A stretch of 64,000 nucleotides of DNA from Candidatus Latescibacterota bacterium (GCA_965222075.1 OZ244937.1:3744001-3808000); one strand, 5' to 3'. Positions 1 through 11,064 are shown, counted from the first letter of the stretch. Notes: generated from the sequence alone by a model not told the origin. Translations and numbers: made by a program.

Positions 1-20
1 GGCCCATTCGCACCGCTGCG

Positions 21-2342
21 GTGCTGGGGGCCGGAGTGATGGGATCGCAGATTGCGGCCCACCTTGCCAACACAGGGCTGAGCGTCCACCTGCTGGACCT
101 GCCGGGTGATGATGGCAATAAGAACGCGATCGTAGAAGGGGCGCTTAAAAAGGCGCAGAATCTCAGTCCCACGCCCTTCTTCACAAAAAGGACGGCGCGG
201 CGTATCACGGTCGGCAATTTTGACGAACATTTCGACCGCATCGCGGACGCGGACTGGATCGTTGAAGCGATCGTGGAACGCCTGGAGGTGAAACAGGAAC
301 TCATCGCGCGCGTTGAAGGTGCGGCGCGCGGCGATGCCGTTGTCTCCACGAATACGAGCGCCATCCCGATTCACCGGATCGCGGAAGGCCGGTCCGCGTC
401 CTTCAAAAGGCGATTTCTGGGCATCCACTTTTCCAATCCGCCGCGCTACCTCAAACTGTTGGAACTGATTCCCGGCTGTGAGACAGACCCGGATTTGGTC
501 GACCGCATGGCCTGGTTCGGGCGCATGGTCCTGGGCAAGGGCATCGTGATCGCAAGAGATACGCCGGGCTTTATCGGCAATCGGATCGGCGCGTACGAAA
601 TACTGCAAAGCATCCGCACGGCGACCGAGGGTGACTATACCATCGAGGAAATAGACGCGCTTACCGGCCCGCTTTTGGGCCGACCGAATTCGGCGACATT
701 CAGAACGGCGGACGTGGTCGGCCTGGACACGCTCGCGCACATGGCCAGCGACCTGTACCGGACGTTGGAAAATGACAAAAACCGGGAGGGCTTTCGGGTG
801 CCCGACCTGGTGCGGAGACTGGTGGAGAAAGGCGCCACCGGTGCTAAAACCGGGCGCGGGTTTTACCGGAAGCAGGGACAAACCATCCTCTCCGTGAACC
901 CCGAGACGATGGCGTACGAGCCACCCAAACAGCAGAATCTGCGAGGTCTGGACCGGATTGCGCGGTTCCGGAACCTGAGCGAGCGCCTGCGGGCGCTGTA
1001 TACCGACGGGGGGCGTGCAGGCGCCTTCTTCCGAAAGCATCTGCTGGACGTCCTGGGATACAGCGCCCGGCGCATCCCCGAGATCACGGCCAATCCCGCC
1101 GATATCGACCGGACGATGCGCTGGGGGTTCGGCTGGGAGATGGGGCTGTTCGAGATGTGGGACACCCTCGGTTTTGAAAGGGTGGTGGCGGATATGAGGG
1201 CCGAAGGGGTCACCCTGCCCGATTGGACCGGAGAGATGTTGCAGGAGGGCGCCGCCTCGTTCTACCGCGGGACAGGCACAGACGGGGAGGTCTACGTGCC
1301 GGGCCGGGGCTACACGGGTGATGCGCAGCCTTCCGACGAGATCCGCCCCTTTTCGATCCGGTCGAATCAGCAACATATCCTCTGGCAGAACGAGGAGGCG
1401 GTCCTGCTTGACCTGGGGGATGAGGTCCCGCTTTACCAGTTTCGCTCCAAGGCGAATACAATGGGTAAGCATGTGGTTGAGGGGGTGCTTGAGGTGATCG
1501 ACATCGTTGAGCAGGGGGATTACCGGGGGCTGGTGATCGGCAACGAAGGGAAGCACTTTTCCGTGGGCGCCAACCTGAATGAATTTTTGGACCAGCAGAG
1601 GCGCTTCGGTCATACGGACCGGATGCTGACCACCTTCCAGAAGATGATTCAGCGCGTCCATTACGCTGCCAGGCCGGTCGTGGTCGCAACCCACGGGCGG
1701 GTGCTGGGAGGGGGATGTGAGCTTACCATGGCCTGCCCCCATCCGGTGGCCGCGGCCGAATCCTACACCGGGCTGGTCGAACTGGCAGTGGGACTCATCC
1801 CGGCAGGAGGCGGGACCATGCGCATGGCCGCGTTCGCACACGAGCGGGCGCCCACCGAACGGGAGAGCGACATCCAGCCGTATCTCAGGCGGGGGTTTGA
1901 AACCGTGGCAAGGGCAAAGGTCTCTACCAGTGCGCACCACGCGCAGGAATACGGTTTTCTCCCCCCCCATGCGCGCGTCGTCCCGAATGCGGACCGCAGG
2001 CTCTATGTGGCCAAAGAGGAGGTCCTTCGCCTTTCGAACCAGGGATATATTCCCCCGCCGGTTCGGAACACCATCAAGGTCCTGGGCAGGCCCGGGCGGG
2101 CGCCATTTGAAGTGGCGGGCCACAACATGCTGCGGGCGGGTTTCATCACCGAATACGACCGCTACCTGGCCGGCCGCTTAGCCTACGTGATGACCGGCGG
2201 CAACCTGCCTGCCCCCGCGCTGGTTCATGAGGACTACCTCCTGGAGTTAGAGCGGGAGGTCTTCCTCTCGCTGCTGGGGGAAAAGAAGACGCAGGAGCGC
2301 ATTGCCAGCATCCTGCAGAGGAATAAGCCCCTGCGAAACTGA
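21..2342 (+). CDS. fadN: 3-hydroxyacyl-CoA dehydrogenase / enoyl-CoA hydratase multifunctional protein (FadN-like; true start lies upstream of the window)
   Basis: N-terminal Rossmann motif (V)LGAGVMGSQIA, EAIVE, STNTS, HFSNPP and PGFIGNRIG; C-terminal crotonase domain (FSVGANL, GGGCE, GLIPAGGG). The frame is open to the window edge. Confidence 0.9.
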   Translation: MLGAGVMGSQIAAHLANTGLSVHLLDLPGDDGNKNAIVEGALKKAQNLSPTPFFTKRTARRITVGNFDEHFDRIADADWIVEAIVERLEVKQELIARVEGAARGDAVVSTNTSAIPIHRIAEGRSASFKRRFLGIHFSNPPRYLKLLELIPGCETDPDLVDRMAWFGRMVLGKGIVIARDTPGFIGNRIGAYEILQSIRTATEGDYTIEEIDALTGPLLGRPNSATFRTADVVGLDTLAHMASDLYRTLENDKNREGFRVPDLVRRLVEKGATGAKTGRGFYRKQGQTILSVNPETMAYEPPKQQNLRGLDRIARFRNLSERLRALYTDGGRAGAFFRKHLLDVLGYSARRIPEITANPADIDRTMRWGFGWEMGLFEMWDTLGFERVVADMRAEGVTLPDWTGEMLQEGAASFYRGTGTDGEVYVPGRGYTGDAQPSDEIRPFSIRSNQQHILWQNEEAVLLDLGDEVPLYQFRSKANTMGKHVVEGVLEVIDIVEQGDYRGLVIGNEGKHFSVGANLNEFLDQQRRFGHTDRMLTTFQKMIQRVHYAARPVVVATHGRVLGGGCELTMACPHPVAAAESYTGLVELAVGLIPAGGGTMRMAAFAHERAPTERESDIQPYLRRGFETVARAKVSTSAHHAQEYGFLPPHARVVPNADRRLYVAKEEVLRLSNQGYIPPPVRNTIKVLGRPGRAPFEVAGHNMLRAGFITEYDRYLAGRLAYVMTGGNLPAPALVHEDYLLELEREVFLSLLGEKKTQERIASILQRNKPLRN

Positions 2343-2469
2343 CCGCGTATTCACCACAGAGGACGCAGAGAAAGACGCATCCAGGAAGGTCGGAAGCGTT
2401 TAGCAGAAAGTCAGGGTGATCGAAAGGAGGCGCTGAGGCGCCGGTTCTCTCTATCAAGGAGGGTATGCG

Positions 2470-4095
2470 ATGCAGGGTCTGATGGTGGACTATCCGCTTA
2501 CCATAGACCGAATTTTAGAACATGCGAACCGGATCTATCCCCATAAGCAGATTGCTACCAAATTGCCCGACGGCACCCTCCACCGCTATACCTATGCGGA
2601 CCTCTACAGGCGGGTCAAGCAGCTGGCCAATGTCCTGGGCAGCCTGGGTGTGAAACCGGGCGACCGGGTGGGTACGTTCGCCTGGAACACCTACCAGCAC
2701 TTAGAGCTGTACTACGCCATTCCGTGCAGCGGCGCGGTCTGTCATCCCCTCAACATCCGCCTCTTCCCGGAACAGTTGGCCTACATTATCAACCACGCCG
2801 AAGACAGGGTGATCTTCGTGGATGCCACGCTGCTCCCCGCCTTTGAGCAGGTGGCGGATCTGGTCGACTGCGTGGAGCACGTGGTTCTGTTCAACGCGGG
2901 GGAAGACCAAAAGACCGACCTCCCCAACATTTCCCTGTACGAAACGTGGATGGCAGGCGCAGACGATGCGTACGAATGGGCCGTAACCGACGAAAACAGG
3001 GCGATGGGCCTCTGTTATACCAGCGGGACCACGGGCAACCCCAAAGGGGCGCTTTTCAGCCACCGGTCGATGGTGCTGCATACCTTCGGAGGAAACCAGG
3101 CGAATGCCATCGGCTTGGTCGAAACGGACGTGGTCCTGCCCGTGGTGCCCCAGTTCCACGCGATGGCATGGGGCCTTCCGTACGCGTGCGCCTTAGCCGG
3201 AACGGATATCGTGATGCCCGGCCCCCACCTCAAGCCGGATGCGCTGGCCTTGCTGATCGCCACGGAACGCGTCACACTCGCCGGCGGGGTACCCACCGTC
3301 TGGACCGAGCTGTATCAGGAACTCAAGGTCCATTCTCGCGACATCTCCTGCATCCGCACCCTGCTCGTGGGCGGGTCTGCCATGCCCCGCGCACTGATTG
3401 AGGCCTACGAGAAGGAGTTGGGGGTGTCCGTGCTGCACGCCTGGGGCATGACGGAACTCTCTCCGCTGGGGACGGTTTCCAGGCTGCAAAGCGACCACCG
3501 CGACCTGCCCGATTCCGCAAAGTGGGACGTGAAGGCGAAACAGGGCAACGCCGCCGCCGGGGTGGAGATGCGCATCGTGGACGAGGCGGGCGACGAAGTT
3601 CCATGGGATGGGGAGACCGTGGGCGAGGTACAGGTGCGCGGGGCCTGGGTTGTGAAGGGCTATTACAAACTGAATTCCGATCCGGAGCACTTCACACCTG
3701 ACGGCTGGTTCCGAACCGGCGATGTGGGCGCGATTGACAAATACGGGTACCTGACGCTTACGGACCGCACGAAGGACCTGATCAAAAGCGGAGGGGAGTG
3801 GATCTCCAGCGTGGAACTGGAGAACGCCCTGATGGCCCATGCCGGGGTTGTGGAGGCGGCCGCGATTGCGATTCCGGATGAGAGATGGGGGGAACGTCCC
3901 TTAGCCGTGGTCGTGCTTACCCCAGACACGGGAGAGGTAACGGTGGAAGCGCTGCGGGAATACCTGGCTTTGAAAGTGACCAGATTCTGGCTGCCCGATC
4001 ACATCGTCTTTGTGGAGGAAATCCCCAAGACCAGCGTGGGCAAGTTCGACAAGAAAATCATACGCCAGCAGTATGCGGAGGGCCGGTTGGGATAG
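2470..4095 (+). CDS. Long/medium-chain fatty-acid--CoA ligase (AMP-binding enzyme)
   Basis: [12 protein letters not shown]-loop, [35 protein letters not shown]; AAGGAGG RBS upstream. Confidence 0.95.
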   Translation: MQGLMVDYPLTIDRILEHANRIYPHKQIATKLPDGTLHRYTYADLYRRVKQLANVLGSLGVKPGDRVGTFAWNTYQHLELYYAIPCSGAVCHPLNIRLFPEQLAYIINHAEDRVIFVDATLLPAFEQVADLVDCVEHVVLFNAGEDQKTDLPNISLYETWMAGADDAYEWAVTDENRAMGLCYTSGTTGNPKGALFSHRSMVLHTFGGNQANAIGLVETDVVLPVVPQFHAMAWGLPYACALAGTDIVMPGPHLKPDALALLIATERVTLAGGVPTVWTELYQELKVHSRDISCIRTLLVGGSAMPRALIEAYEKELGVSVLHAWGMTELSPLGTVSRLQSDHRDLPDSAKWDVKAKQGNAAAGVEMRIVDEAGDEVPWDGETVGEVQVRGAWVVKGYYKLNSDPEHFTPDGWFRTGDVGAIDKYGYLTLTDRTKDLIKSGGEWISSVELENALMAHAGVVEAAAIAIPDERWGERPLAVVVLTPDTGEVTVEALREYLALKVTRFWLPDHIVFVEEIPKTSVGKFDKKIIRQQYAEGRLG

Positions 4096-4169
4096 GCTGC
4101 CTGATCACGAAGATCAAAAAACCACCCACCGCTGCCTCGTTGTTCGCTTGAACCTGGGAGAAACTAAGT

Positions 4170-5571
4170 ATGAAGGTCCTGATAAGGCTTCTCTTTTGTT
4201 TGATGATGGTTTCCGGATCATCTGTAATCTGGGCTGGAAACCCGATCCATCTGATTGTGTTACACGTAAACGACACGCATGGAAAGTTACAGCCGCACAA
4301 CACGAATAGCCAAACCGATATTGGAGGAATCGCACGCCTATCCTCACTGGTTAAGCAGATCCGTCAGGAGAACCCCAAGAACGTTCTGTTTCTACATGCA
4401 GGAGACATTTTTTCCCGTGGAGATCCAGTCACAGTATACTATGGTGGATACGTTAATTTACTTGCATACGAGAAAATGGGTGTTGATGCGATCACACCAG
4501 GTAATGGAGAATTCTACTTCGGGATTGAAAATTTGCAGCGTCAAGCGGCTCGGGTGAGCACACCATTTGTCCACGCTAACGTGACTTACAAGCACCACGG
4601 CGGCTCGATTTTTCCGCCTTACCTGATTAAGAACGTTAACGGAGTTAGAGTCGGAATCCTGGGCTTGGGTCTGATTAGGACCTGGCATCAATCTTCGCAG
4701 ACATTGGAATTAGGAGATCCGATTGAAATCGCCAAAACGATTGTGCCTGAGCTGAAACCCAAAGTCGATAGGGCTCACGCATATCGGAGTTAAAAACGAC
4801 AGCTTACTGGCAAAAGCTATTCCCGAACTGGACTTGATTGTGGGGGGAGATTCCCACACACGATTAGACAGTCCATCGCGTATTCCTCGAGTCGATGGCA
4901 AAGGTGAGGTTGCGATCGTTCAGGCACGTCATTACTTTGAATTTCTAGGGCGGGTCAATGTACAGTTTGACAAAACGGAAGATCATTGCTCTGTTGCCAA
5001 AATCGATAGCCGGTTGATTCCGATTGATGCAAAGGTGGAATCCGATCCGGAAATCGAAGCCCTGCTAAAACGGTATGGTGATCCACTTTCTGAGGTAATC
5101 TGCCGAACCGAGATTGATTTGCCCAATTTGAGGAGGGAATCGTCTCCGTTAGGGGATCTCGTGGCCAAGGCCGTTCACATCCAAACACGAGCTGACTTGG
5201 CCATCCTCTATGGCAATTCTAATACGCCCGGGCTTAAGGCCGGGGATATCAGGCTTGCGGATGTGAGTCGAATCCGCCTCTACCATTCTCCGGTCGTCAC
5301 TGGACGGCTCACCGGTGTCCAGGTTCAGTCTCTTCTTTCGGGGCGCTTCTACATTACCTCGGGGTGCCAATTTGACAAGGTTGATAAGCACGTTACGAAC
5401 CTGGTGATCAACGGCAAACCGGCTGATCCTGCAGCTACTTATCTCGTCGCAACCGAGAAGCAGACCGTCTTTCGAAGCCCTGTGTTCGATTCGTTACAAG
5501 TCGATCTCACAGGCCAGCGCGTAGACACTGCTCTAGAGCGATATCTTCGACGTGTTTCTGTAATTCAATAG
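4170..5571 (+). pseudogene. Bifunctional metallophosphoesterase/5'-nucleotidase, frameshifted near 4770
   Basis: Signal peptide, LHVNDTHG, AGD and GNGEF motifs in ORF 4170-4793. The protein continues in another frame (GLTHIGV...DLIVGGDSHT plus the C-terminal nucleotidase domain) to 5571. Confidence 0.85.
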
Positions 5572-5649
5572 GATGACGTTCTGAGATAAAGCTGCCATCT
5601 GCCCCTGAACCCGCGGACAAAAACAAGATTCATCTGATACAAAGGAGTT

Positions 5650-6846
5650 GTGTACCCCATGACTGATCGTAAAGGCCCCCTCTCCCGTTTTACGGTTCTC
5701 GATTTGACCCGGGTCCGATCCGGGCCTACGGCCGTGCGCCAGCTTGCCGATTGGGGCGCGAATGTCATCAAAATCGAAGCGCCGGAAAACATCGACAAAG
5801 ACAAGGGCATGGGGGGTCCGCGCCACGGCCCGGACTTTCAGAACATCCATCGAAACAAGCGCAGTCTCACGCTGAACCTCAAGGCCGAAGTTGGCCGGGC
5901 TGCATTTATGCGCATGGTAAAAAAAGCGGATGTGGTGGTGGAAAATTATCGTCCCGACGTAAAAGACCGGCTCAACATCGGTTATGGTGCGTGCAGATCG
6001 GAAAACCCGCGCATTGTCTACGCAAGTGTTTCCGGTTTCGGACAACACGGTCCCTACCGGCTGCGACCCGGTTTCGATCAGATTGCTCAGGGGATGGGCG
6101 GTTTAATGTGGATCACCGGATTGCCGGGCCAGGGACCCATGCGGGTCGGTGTGCCCATCGCGGATCTCGCCGCCGGTTTATACGCTGCCCTCGGAATTCT
6201 TACCGCACTGCTTCAACGTGAGGAAACCGGTGAAGGCCAGCTGGTGCACACATCGCTGCTCGAAGCACAGATCGCAATGCTCGATTTTCAAGCGGCGCGC
6301 TGGCTCATCGGAAACAAAGTGCCGCCGCAGGCAGGCAACAATCACCCCACGAGCATTCCCACGGGTGTGTTTCAGACCACCGACGGCTACATCAACATTG
6401 CGTGCAGCGGCGAGCAGATGTGGCAGCGACTCTGTACCGTACTGGTGGCCGACGACCTTCGCAGCGACCCGGACTATGCCGACGGCGAGGCAAGGCTGCA
6501 GAATCGAGACGCGTTGAACAGCAAGCTGCAGGACTACTTCTCAAAGAAAAGCAGCAGCGAGTGGATCGATGCGCTCAACGACGCAGGCGTGCCCTGCGGT
6601 CCAATCTACCATATGGACGAGATGTGGTCAGATCCGCAGGTGAAACATCTGGATATGTCGCGTCCCGTGAACCACAGCGTGCTGGGCAAATACGACGTGG
6701 TGCGTAACGCGGCGACCCTGAGCGAAGCCCCAAAGATGGCGTATCGCGCCGCTCCCGAGCGGGGGGAACACACCGATGAGGTACTGAGGGAGTTTGAGTT
6801 TTCTGACAACGAAATCCAAACACTGAGAAAGAGGAACCTCATATGA
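5650..6846 (+). CDS. Family III CoA-transferase (CaiB/BaiF)
   Basis: VLDLTRVRSGP, LADWGANVIKIE, HRNKRSLTLNLK, DVVVENYRP, GFDQIAQGMGG, AP..GEHT. Confidence 0.95.
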   Translation: MYPMTDRKGPLSRFTVLDLTRVRSGPTAVRQLADWGANVIKIEAPENIDKDKGMGGPRHGPDFQNIHRNKRSLTLNLKAEVGRAAFMRMVKKADVVVENYRPDVKDRLNIGYGACRSENPRIVYASVSGFGQHGPYRLRPGFDQIAQGMGGLMWITGLPGQGPMRVGVPIADLAAGLYAALGILTALLQREETGEGQLVHTSLLEAQIAMLDFQAARWLIGNKVPPQAGNNHPTSIPTGVFQTTDGYINIACSGEQMWQRLCTVLVADDLRSDPDYADGEARLQNRDALNSKLQDYFSKKSSSEWIDALNDAGVPCGPIYHMDEMWSDPQVKHLDMSRPVNHSVLGKYDVVRNAATLSEAPKMAYRAAPERGEHTDEVLREFEFSDNEIQTLRKRNLI

Positions 6847-7652
6847 ACAACTCGGCCGCAGGCACGGAACCGGAAAAGCTTATCGTGAGAAAGAACAAAA
6901 GGGTCGGTTATATAGGCCTGAATCAACCCCAAAAGCACAACGCCATTTCTTACGAAATGTGGCAGGACATCGCCCGGATCATGGACGATTTTGAGTCCGA
7001 CGATAAGATTCGTGTTATTGTCGTTTCGGGAGAGGGTGGCAGGGCCTTTTCCTCCGGAGCGGATATATCGCAATTCGAGCAAAAGCGGGGATCGCCGGAT
7101 GCCATTGAGGTCTACAACAGGGAGATGAACCTTGCTTACCGGAAACTCACCGATGTTTCCAAGCCCACCATTGCCAGAATTGCGGGTTACTGCATCGGTG
7201 GCGGACTGGCAACAGCGCTTTGCTGTGATCTACGGATCGCATCCGACGATTCTAAATTCGGTATTCCCGCCGCCAGGCTCGGCCTGGGCTATGGCTATGA
7301 CGCGTTAAGACCGCTGGTAGGCCTGGTCGGTCCAACCCGCGCCAAGGAGATTCTGTTCACTGCCAAACATTTCACCGCGGCCGAAGCCTACGACATGGGG
7401 CTGATAAACCGTGTACTGACACGGGACGAACTGGATGGTTTTGTGAATGAATACACCCAGACCATCGCAGACAATGCGCCACTCACCATCAAAGCCTGCA
7501 AGCAGATCATCGCCGAAATTTCCAAAGATCCGGATCATCGCGATCTTGACCTTTGCAGACGCCTCGTAGACGCCTGCTACGCCAGCAGGGACTACAAGGA
7601 GGGCCGTATGGCCTTCATGCAAAAGCGAAAACTGGAGTTTCGAGGAAAATAG
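6843..7652 (+). CDS. Enoyl-CoA hydratase/isomerase (crotonase family)
   Basis: AFSSGADI, GYCIGGG, CDLRIA, FGIPAARLGL; ATGA overlap with the CoA-transferase gene. Confidence 0.93.
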   Translation: MNNSAAGTEPEKLIVRKNKRVGYIGLNQPQKHNAISYEMWQDIARIMDDFESDDKIRVIVVSGEGGRAFSSGADISQFEQKRGSPDAIEVYNREMNLAYRKLTDVSKPTIARIAGYCIGGGLATALCCDLRIASDDSKFGIPAARLGLGYGYDALRPLVGLVGPTRAKEILFTAKHFTAAEAYDMGLINRVLTRDELDGFVNEYTQTIADNAPLTIKACKQIIAEISKDPDHRDLDLCRRLVDACYASRDYKEGRMAFMQKRKLEFRGK

Positions 7653-7697
7653 CGACATAACGTCCGGCAGCAGAACTGGGCATGCCCCGCAAAACCA

Positions 7698-7865
7698 TCA
7701 CTTTCCAGGCGCCGGACGCGTCTCGGCAGCGGGACCTGGATCGGGGATTTGGACCGTATCCCCGGTGATCGCACACACCCACATTCGGGCCGCGACCGCC
7801 CCTATGAAGATGAGACCGACGATCGCACTGACGGTCCCCAGCATTGCTTTGTTGCTTGTTTTCAT
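7698..7865 (-). CDS. Small 55-aa membrane-anchored ORF (MKTSNKAMLGTVSAIVGLIFIGAVAARMWV...), possibly truncated; not in the ORF track
   Basis: ATGA overlap with the GntR stop; one N-terminal hydrophobic helix; stop TGA at 7698-7700. Confidence 0.55.
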   Translation of the reverse strand: MKTSNKAMLGTVSAIVGLIFIGAVAARMWVCAITGDTVQIPDPGPAAETRPAPGK

Positions 7866-8239
7866 GTCTGCACTCCGTGTTCTTCACGGTATTGCATCAA
7901 ATGCGATTCCAGGTCCCTCACCTCGAGCCCCAGAAGTTCCATAATCCTGGACAGGGCCGGAATATCCCGCTCCGCGAACTCCGCCATTTTCAGTCGGCGA
8001 GTCCCTTCGGGGCCGTCCTTAGAGACGAAGTAACCGAGACCCCGTTGGTTGACGATGATCCCCCGTTCTTGCAGCCATGCATAGGTACGAGTCACCGTAT
8101 TCGGATTGACCTCCACATCCATCGCCAGCTCCCGAATCGACGGCACCCGGTCTCCCGGCTTCCAGCGTTCGCGGAGGATGTTCTCCATTATGTAGTTGGC
8201 AATCTGTCGATAGATCGCATCCTGGCGCTGAAACTGCAT
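7862..8239 (-). CDS. GntR family regulator, YtrA subfamily
   Basis: IYRQIA...PGDRVPSIRELA.DVEVNPNTVTRTY..L...G.....RGLG wHTH with a short C-terminus. The ATG at 8239 overlaps the upstream stop (TGATG). Confidence 0.92.
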   Translation of the reverse strand: MQFQRQDAIYRQIANYIMENILRERWKPGDRVPSIRELAMDVEVNPNTVTRTYAWLQERGIIVNQRGLGYFVSKDGPEGTRRLKMAEFAERDIPALSRIMELLGLEVRDLESHLMQYREEHGVQT

Positions 8240-9033
8240 CACCGATCCTCCGTGTCCGCAAGGCGGAGATAGGAAATCACCCATAGCCAGGGTCCAAACA
8301 GGACGTAGATGAAGACCCTGCCGATCCGGAGGACGGCCGATGTCAACCAATCGGTATCAACCTCCTTCGAGAGGTTAAAGCTTATTCCCTGGAAGAAATC
8401 GAAGAAGACAATGCGAAAGATGAAGAACGTGACGACCGCGAGCCCAATCTGTGCCAGCACGACCGCCAGCAGTGTTTTGAATGCCGCACCTTTGCGAAAC
8501 CATACCGCGCCCAGGAAGAAAATGCTGTGCACTATGGGATAGACGGTAAGTAATCGCCAAGTATCTTCGGTGAATGGACGGTAGATGGCAAACGATTTCC
8601 CCCATATCAGGCTGCCGAGCCCGGCCCCCACCAGCGAGGTCGTCCAATAAAGGGTGAGCGCCGACAGCGGAAAGCCGACCAGCGTCAACATCAGGCGCGC
8701 CGCTACCTTCTCCAGGGTAGAGCCAGGTACGAGCAGGTAGGCCGAGCGTTGAATGGAGTCTTTCAGTTCGGTAAAGCTGTAACTCGTGATGATGATGCCC
8801 CCGAGGAACAAGATGCCTGGCACGAAGATCTTGTGCGGCTGCCACCTTCCCGTCAGCGGCGCAAAAGCGACCAACACGACCAGCACTGCGCCAAAGACCG
8901 CCAGAGTGGCGATCGACAGGTTGTTCTTGTACTGAATAAGATCCGCGCGTAGCAGCTTGATCCAGCGACCTGGCGAGAAATGCCGTTCAAACAATCCGGT
9001 TGGAGAGACAGTCGCGCCGCTCATCTTTTTCAT
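8239..9033 (-). CDS. ABC-2-type membrane protein
   Basis: About six hydrophobic segments, YLLVPGSTLEK motif; lies between the ATPase and GntR genes. Confidence 0.8.
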   Translation of the reverse strand: MKKMSGATVSPTGLFERHFSPGRWIKLLRADLIQYKNNLSIATLAVFGAVLVVLVAFAPLTGRWQPHKIFVPGILFLGGIIITSYSFTELKDSIQRSAYLLVPGSTLEKVAARLMLTLVGFPLSALTLYWTTSLVGAGLGSLIWGKSFAIYRPFTEDTWRLLTVYPIVHSIFFLGAVWFRKGAAFKTLLAVVLAQIGLAVVTFFIFRIVFFDFFQGISFNLSKEVDTDWLTSAVLRIGRVFIYVLFGPWLWVISYLRLADTEDR

Positions 9034-9869
9034 CCTTTGAACTCCTTGACAAGCGCGGCCAGCCGGCCCGAATTGCTGGTCGCCGCGTTGAACAAAACCT
9101 CGAGATCGATGCGACCTTCGGGCCAGCCGTCGTTGGACACCACCACGGTGTGGCCGGAGATGCCCTCCTCCACGTAGATCGCATCCTGCGGTGGGCTATC
9201 AACGTCGGTGTCGATACGTATCGCCTTCCCCAGCTGATCGAGCCCAGCGTCAAGCACGATCCGCCCACCGTCGATGATCACGATTGGGTCAATCAAACTC
9301 TCCATGTCGCGCACCTGATGGGTGGACACGATGAATATCCGCTGATCGTCGACGGCGCCGGCAACGAGGCGGCGGAACTGCCGTTTCGCCGGGATATCGA
9401 GACCGTTGGTCGGTTCGTCCAGGAGCACGAGCCGACAGTTGGTGGCGACCGCGAAAGCGAGCAGAGCTTTCTTCTTCTGGCCGTAACTCATACGAAACAG
9501 GCTGATGCCGGGATCGACATGGAACTCCGCGAGATAGCCGTGAAAGGCCTGTGTGTCAAAGCGTGGATAGAAGCCACCCCAGACCGACTGGTACTGCTCG
9601 ACGGTCAGTGCCGACGTGTAAAACTCCTCCGGAACCAGACAGACATCGGCCAAGAGTTCCGGTTGTCGCTTTCTCGGTTCCCGGCCAAAGACTGACACGG
9701 TACCCGCCCGGGGAGTCAGCAACCCGGTGACGATCTTCAACAAACTCGTCTTGCCGGCGCCATTCTTACCGAGCAGGCCGTAGATATTTCCAGGCTTGAG
9801 GGTCAGGTTTAGCTGGTCAAACAGGTCCACCCTCCCGTACCTGAAATTGAGCTGTTCGATGCAGATCAT
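9030..9869 (-). CDS. ABC transporter ATP-binding protein (YtrB/DrrA-like)
   Basis: Walker A GKNGAGKT, signature MSYGQKK, Walker B LLDEPT, STH. Confidence 0.95.
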   Translation of the reverse strand: MICIEQLNFRYGRVDLFDQLNLTLKPGNIYGLLGKNGAGKTSLLKIVTGLLTPRAGTVSVFGREPRKRQPELLADVCLVPEEFYTSALTVEQYQSVWGGFYPRFDTQAFHGYLAEFHVDPGISLFRMSYGQKKKALLAFAVATNCRLVLLDEPTNGLDIPAKRQFRRLVAGAVDDQRIFIVSTHQVRDMESLIDPIVIIDGGRIVLDAGLDQLGKAIRIDTDVDSPPQDAIYVEEGISGHTVVVSNDGWPEGRIDLEVLFNAATSNSGRLAALVKEFKG

Positions 9870-9898
9870 ATTTGTCCTCTCATATCATAGTGATCTAC

Positions 9899-9950
9899 TA
9901 TACTACTCAACTATTACACCTAATATAAAAAAAATAGGAGATATTGTCAA
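9899..9950 (-). promoter_or_regulatory. sigma70 promoter with a probable YtrA operator
   Basis: Minus strand TTGACA (9950-9945), 17 bp, TATATT (9927-9922). Imperfect palindrome TGTAATA-N6-TAGTATA at 9918-9899, just downstream of the -10 box. Confidence 0.7.
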
Positions 9951-10149
9951 GCCCCATTGTGGGGCTGGGGTCAATTATTGCTGTGTTAGTGCGTTGAAGC
10001 GAAATCCCGAGAACCGAGAAATCAGGAGTTGTCTATGTTGAAACCAGAGTCAAACTCGGACGGAACTGTGAATCAAATCTAAGTGGTCAATTTCGCAAAT
10101 ACACATGAGGTGGTCGCTTTAGCAGAGGATTCAGCCATAGGCAATTAGA

Positions 10150-10256
10150 AGTTAGCCGACCCTGGCGGGGTGAGTTCCCCCACAGCGCAGAAGTGGCGAA
10201 AAAGGTGGGTAGAAGAAGGCTTCAGTTTGGACGATCTTCTCCGCAGTGGGCGCCAA
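10150..10256 (+). mobile_element. IS630-family transposase HTH fragment
   Basis: Translation GVSSPTAQKWRKRWVEEGFSLDDLLRSGR resembles the IS630 N-terminal HTH pattern TVxKWRxR...GLxDxxRSGRP. Confidence 0.55.
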
Positions 10257-10269
10257 AGCGGCCCTCATT

Positions 10270-10290
10270 ACTCCCCCCTTGAGGGGGAGT
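10270..10290. repeat. REP-like GC hairpin
   Basis: ACTCCCCC-CTTGA-GGGGGAGT. Confidence 0.6.
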
Positions 10291-10314
10291 CGGCAAGCCA
10301 AGGGCGCCGGCGCG

Positions 10315-10341
10315 CCTGCCTGTGCGTCGCACGCAGACAGG
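10315..10341. repeat. Mini-palindrome insertion (27 bp)
   Basis: CCTGCCTGTGCGTCGCACGCAGACAGG; 26/27 identical to 33018-33044. Confidence 0.85.
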
Positions 10342-10415
10342 TAAAAACATGTGATCCATTGTTTTCGCTTAAAGTGGGTGTCGATGTCAGTGTTGACATC
10401 TCTGCCCTTTTCCAG

Positions 10416-10436
10416 CCTGTCTGCCGGCGAGGCAGG
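10416..10436. repeat. Mini-palindrome insertion (21 bp)
   Basis: CCTGTCTGCCGGCGAGGCAGG, immediately before the RWDTALY codons. Confidence 0.65.
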
Positions 10437-10472
10437 CGCTGGGATACAGCCCTTTATCACGAACCCGCCCCC

Positions 10473-10498
10473 CCTGCCTGCGCCGGATGCTCGGCAGG
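10473..10498. repeat. Mini-palindrome insertion (26 bp, frameshifting)
   Basis: CCTGCCTGCGCCGGATGCTCGGCAGG, matching 38993 onward. Removing it rejoins EPAP to HREGKRGP. Confidence 0.8.
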
Positions 10499-10970
10499 CA
10501 CCGGGAAGGCAAACGCGGACCCAAACCCAAAAAGGGAAGCCGGCAAAGAAAGCTGAAGACATGGGCTACTCGTTCAGATACGCCCTTTGTGGAAGAAGAT
10601 ATTCAATGGTATGGCGGGAAAATCAAAAAGATGCTGCTGTTCTCACAAACCGCACTGTGGTATACCCCCCGATGGGATCCGGTGCCTATCCGCTTTGTCA
10701 TCACCAGAGATCCAGAAGGTAAGCTGAGGGATGAGGTCTTCTTTTGCACCAACCCAGATGATACCCCCGTGCAAATCGTCGAGTGGGTCGTGATGCGCTT
10801 TTCGATAGAAACCACCTTCCAAGAGGCCAGAGCCCATCTAAGAATGGAAACCCAACGCCAGTGGTCCGATCTGGCCATAAAACGCACCACACCGGTCCTG
10901 CTGTTCCTCTTTTCTATCGTGATCTTACTGGCAATGCGCTTACAACAACACGATTCTATCCCGGTGCAGG

Positions 10971-10997
10971 CCTACCAGAGACTTCTTGGTAGGCAGG
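10971..10997. repeat. Mini-palindrome insertion (27 bp, in frame)
   Basis: CCTACCAGAGACTTCTTGGTAGGCAGG; removing it restores PVQATAWYRK. Confidence 0.7.
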
Positions 10998-11064
10998 CCA
11001 CAGCCTGGTATCGAAAACAGAACCCACCTTCTCTGGCTGTATGCTTCTGATACGCCGTCATTTA

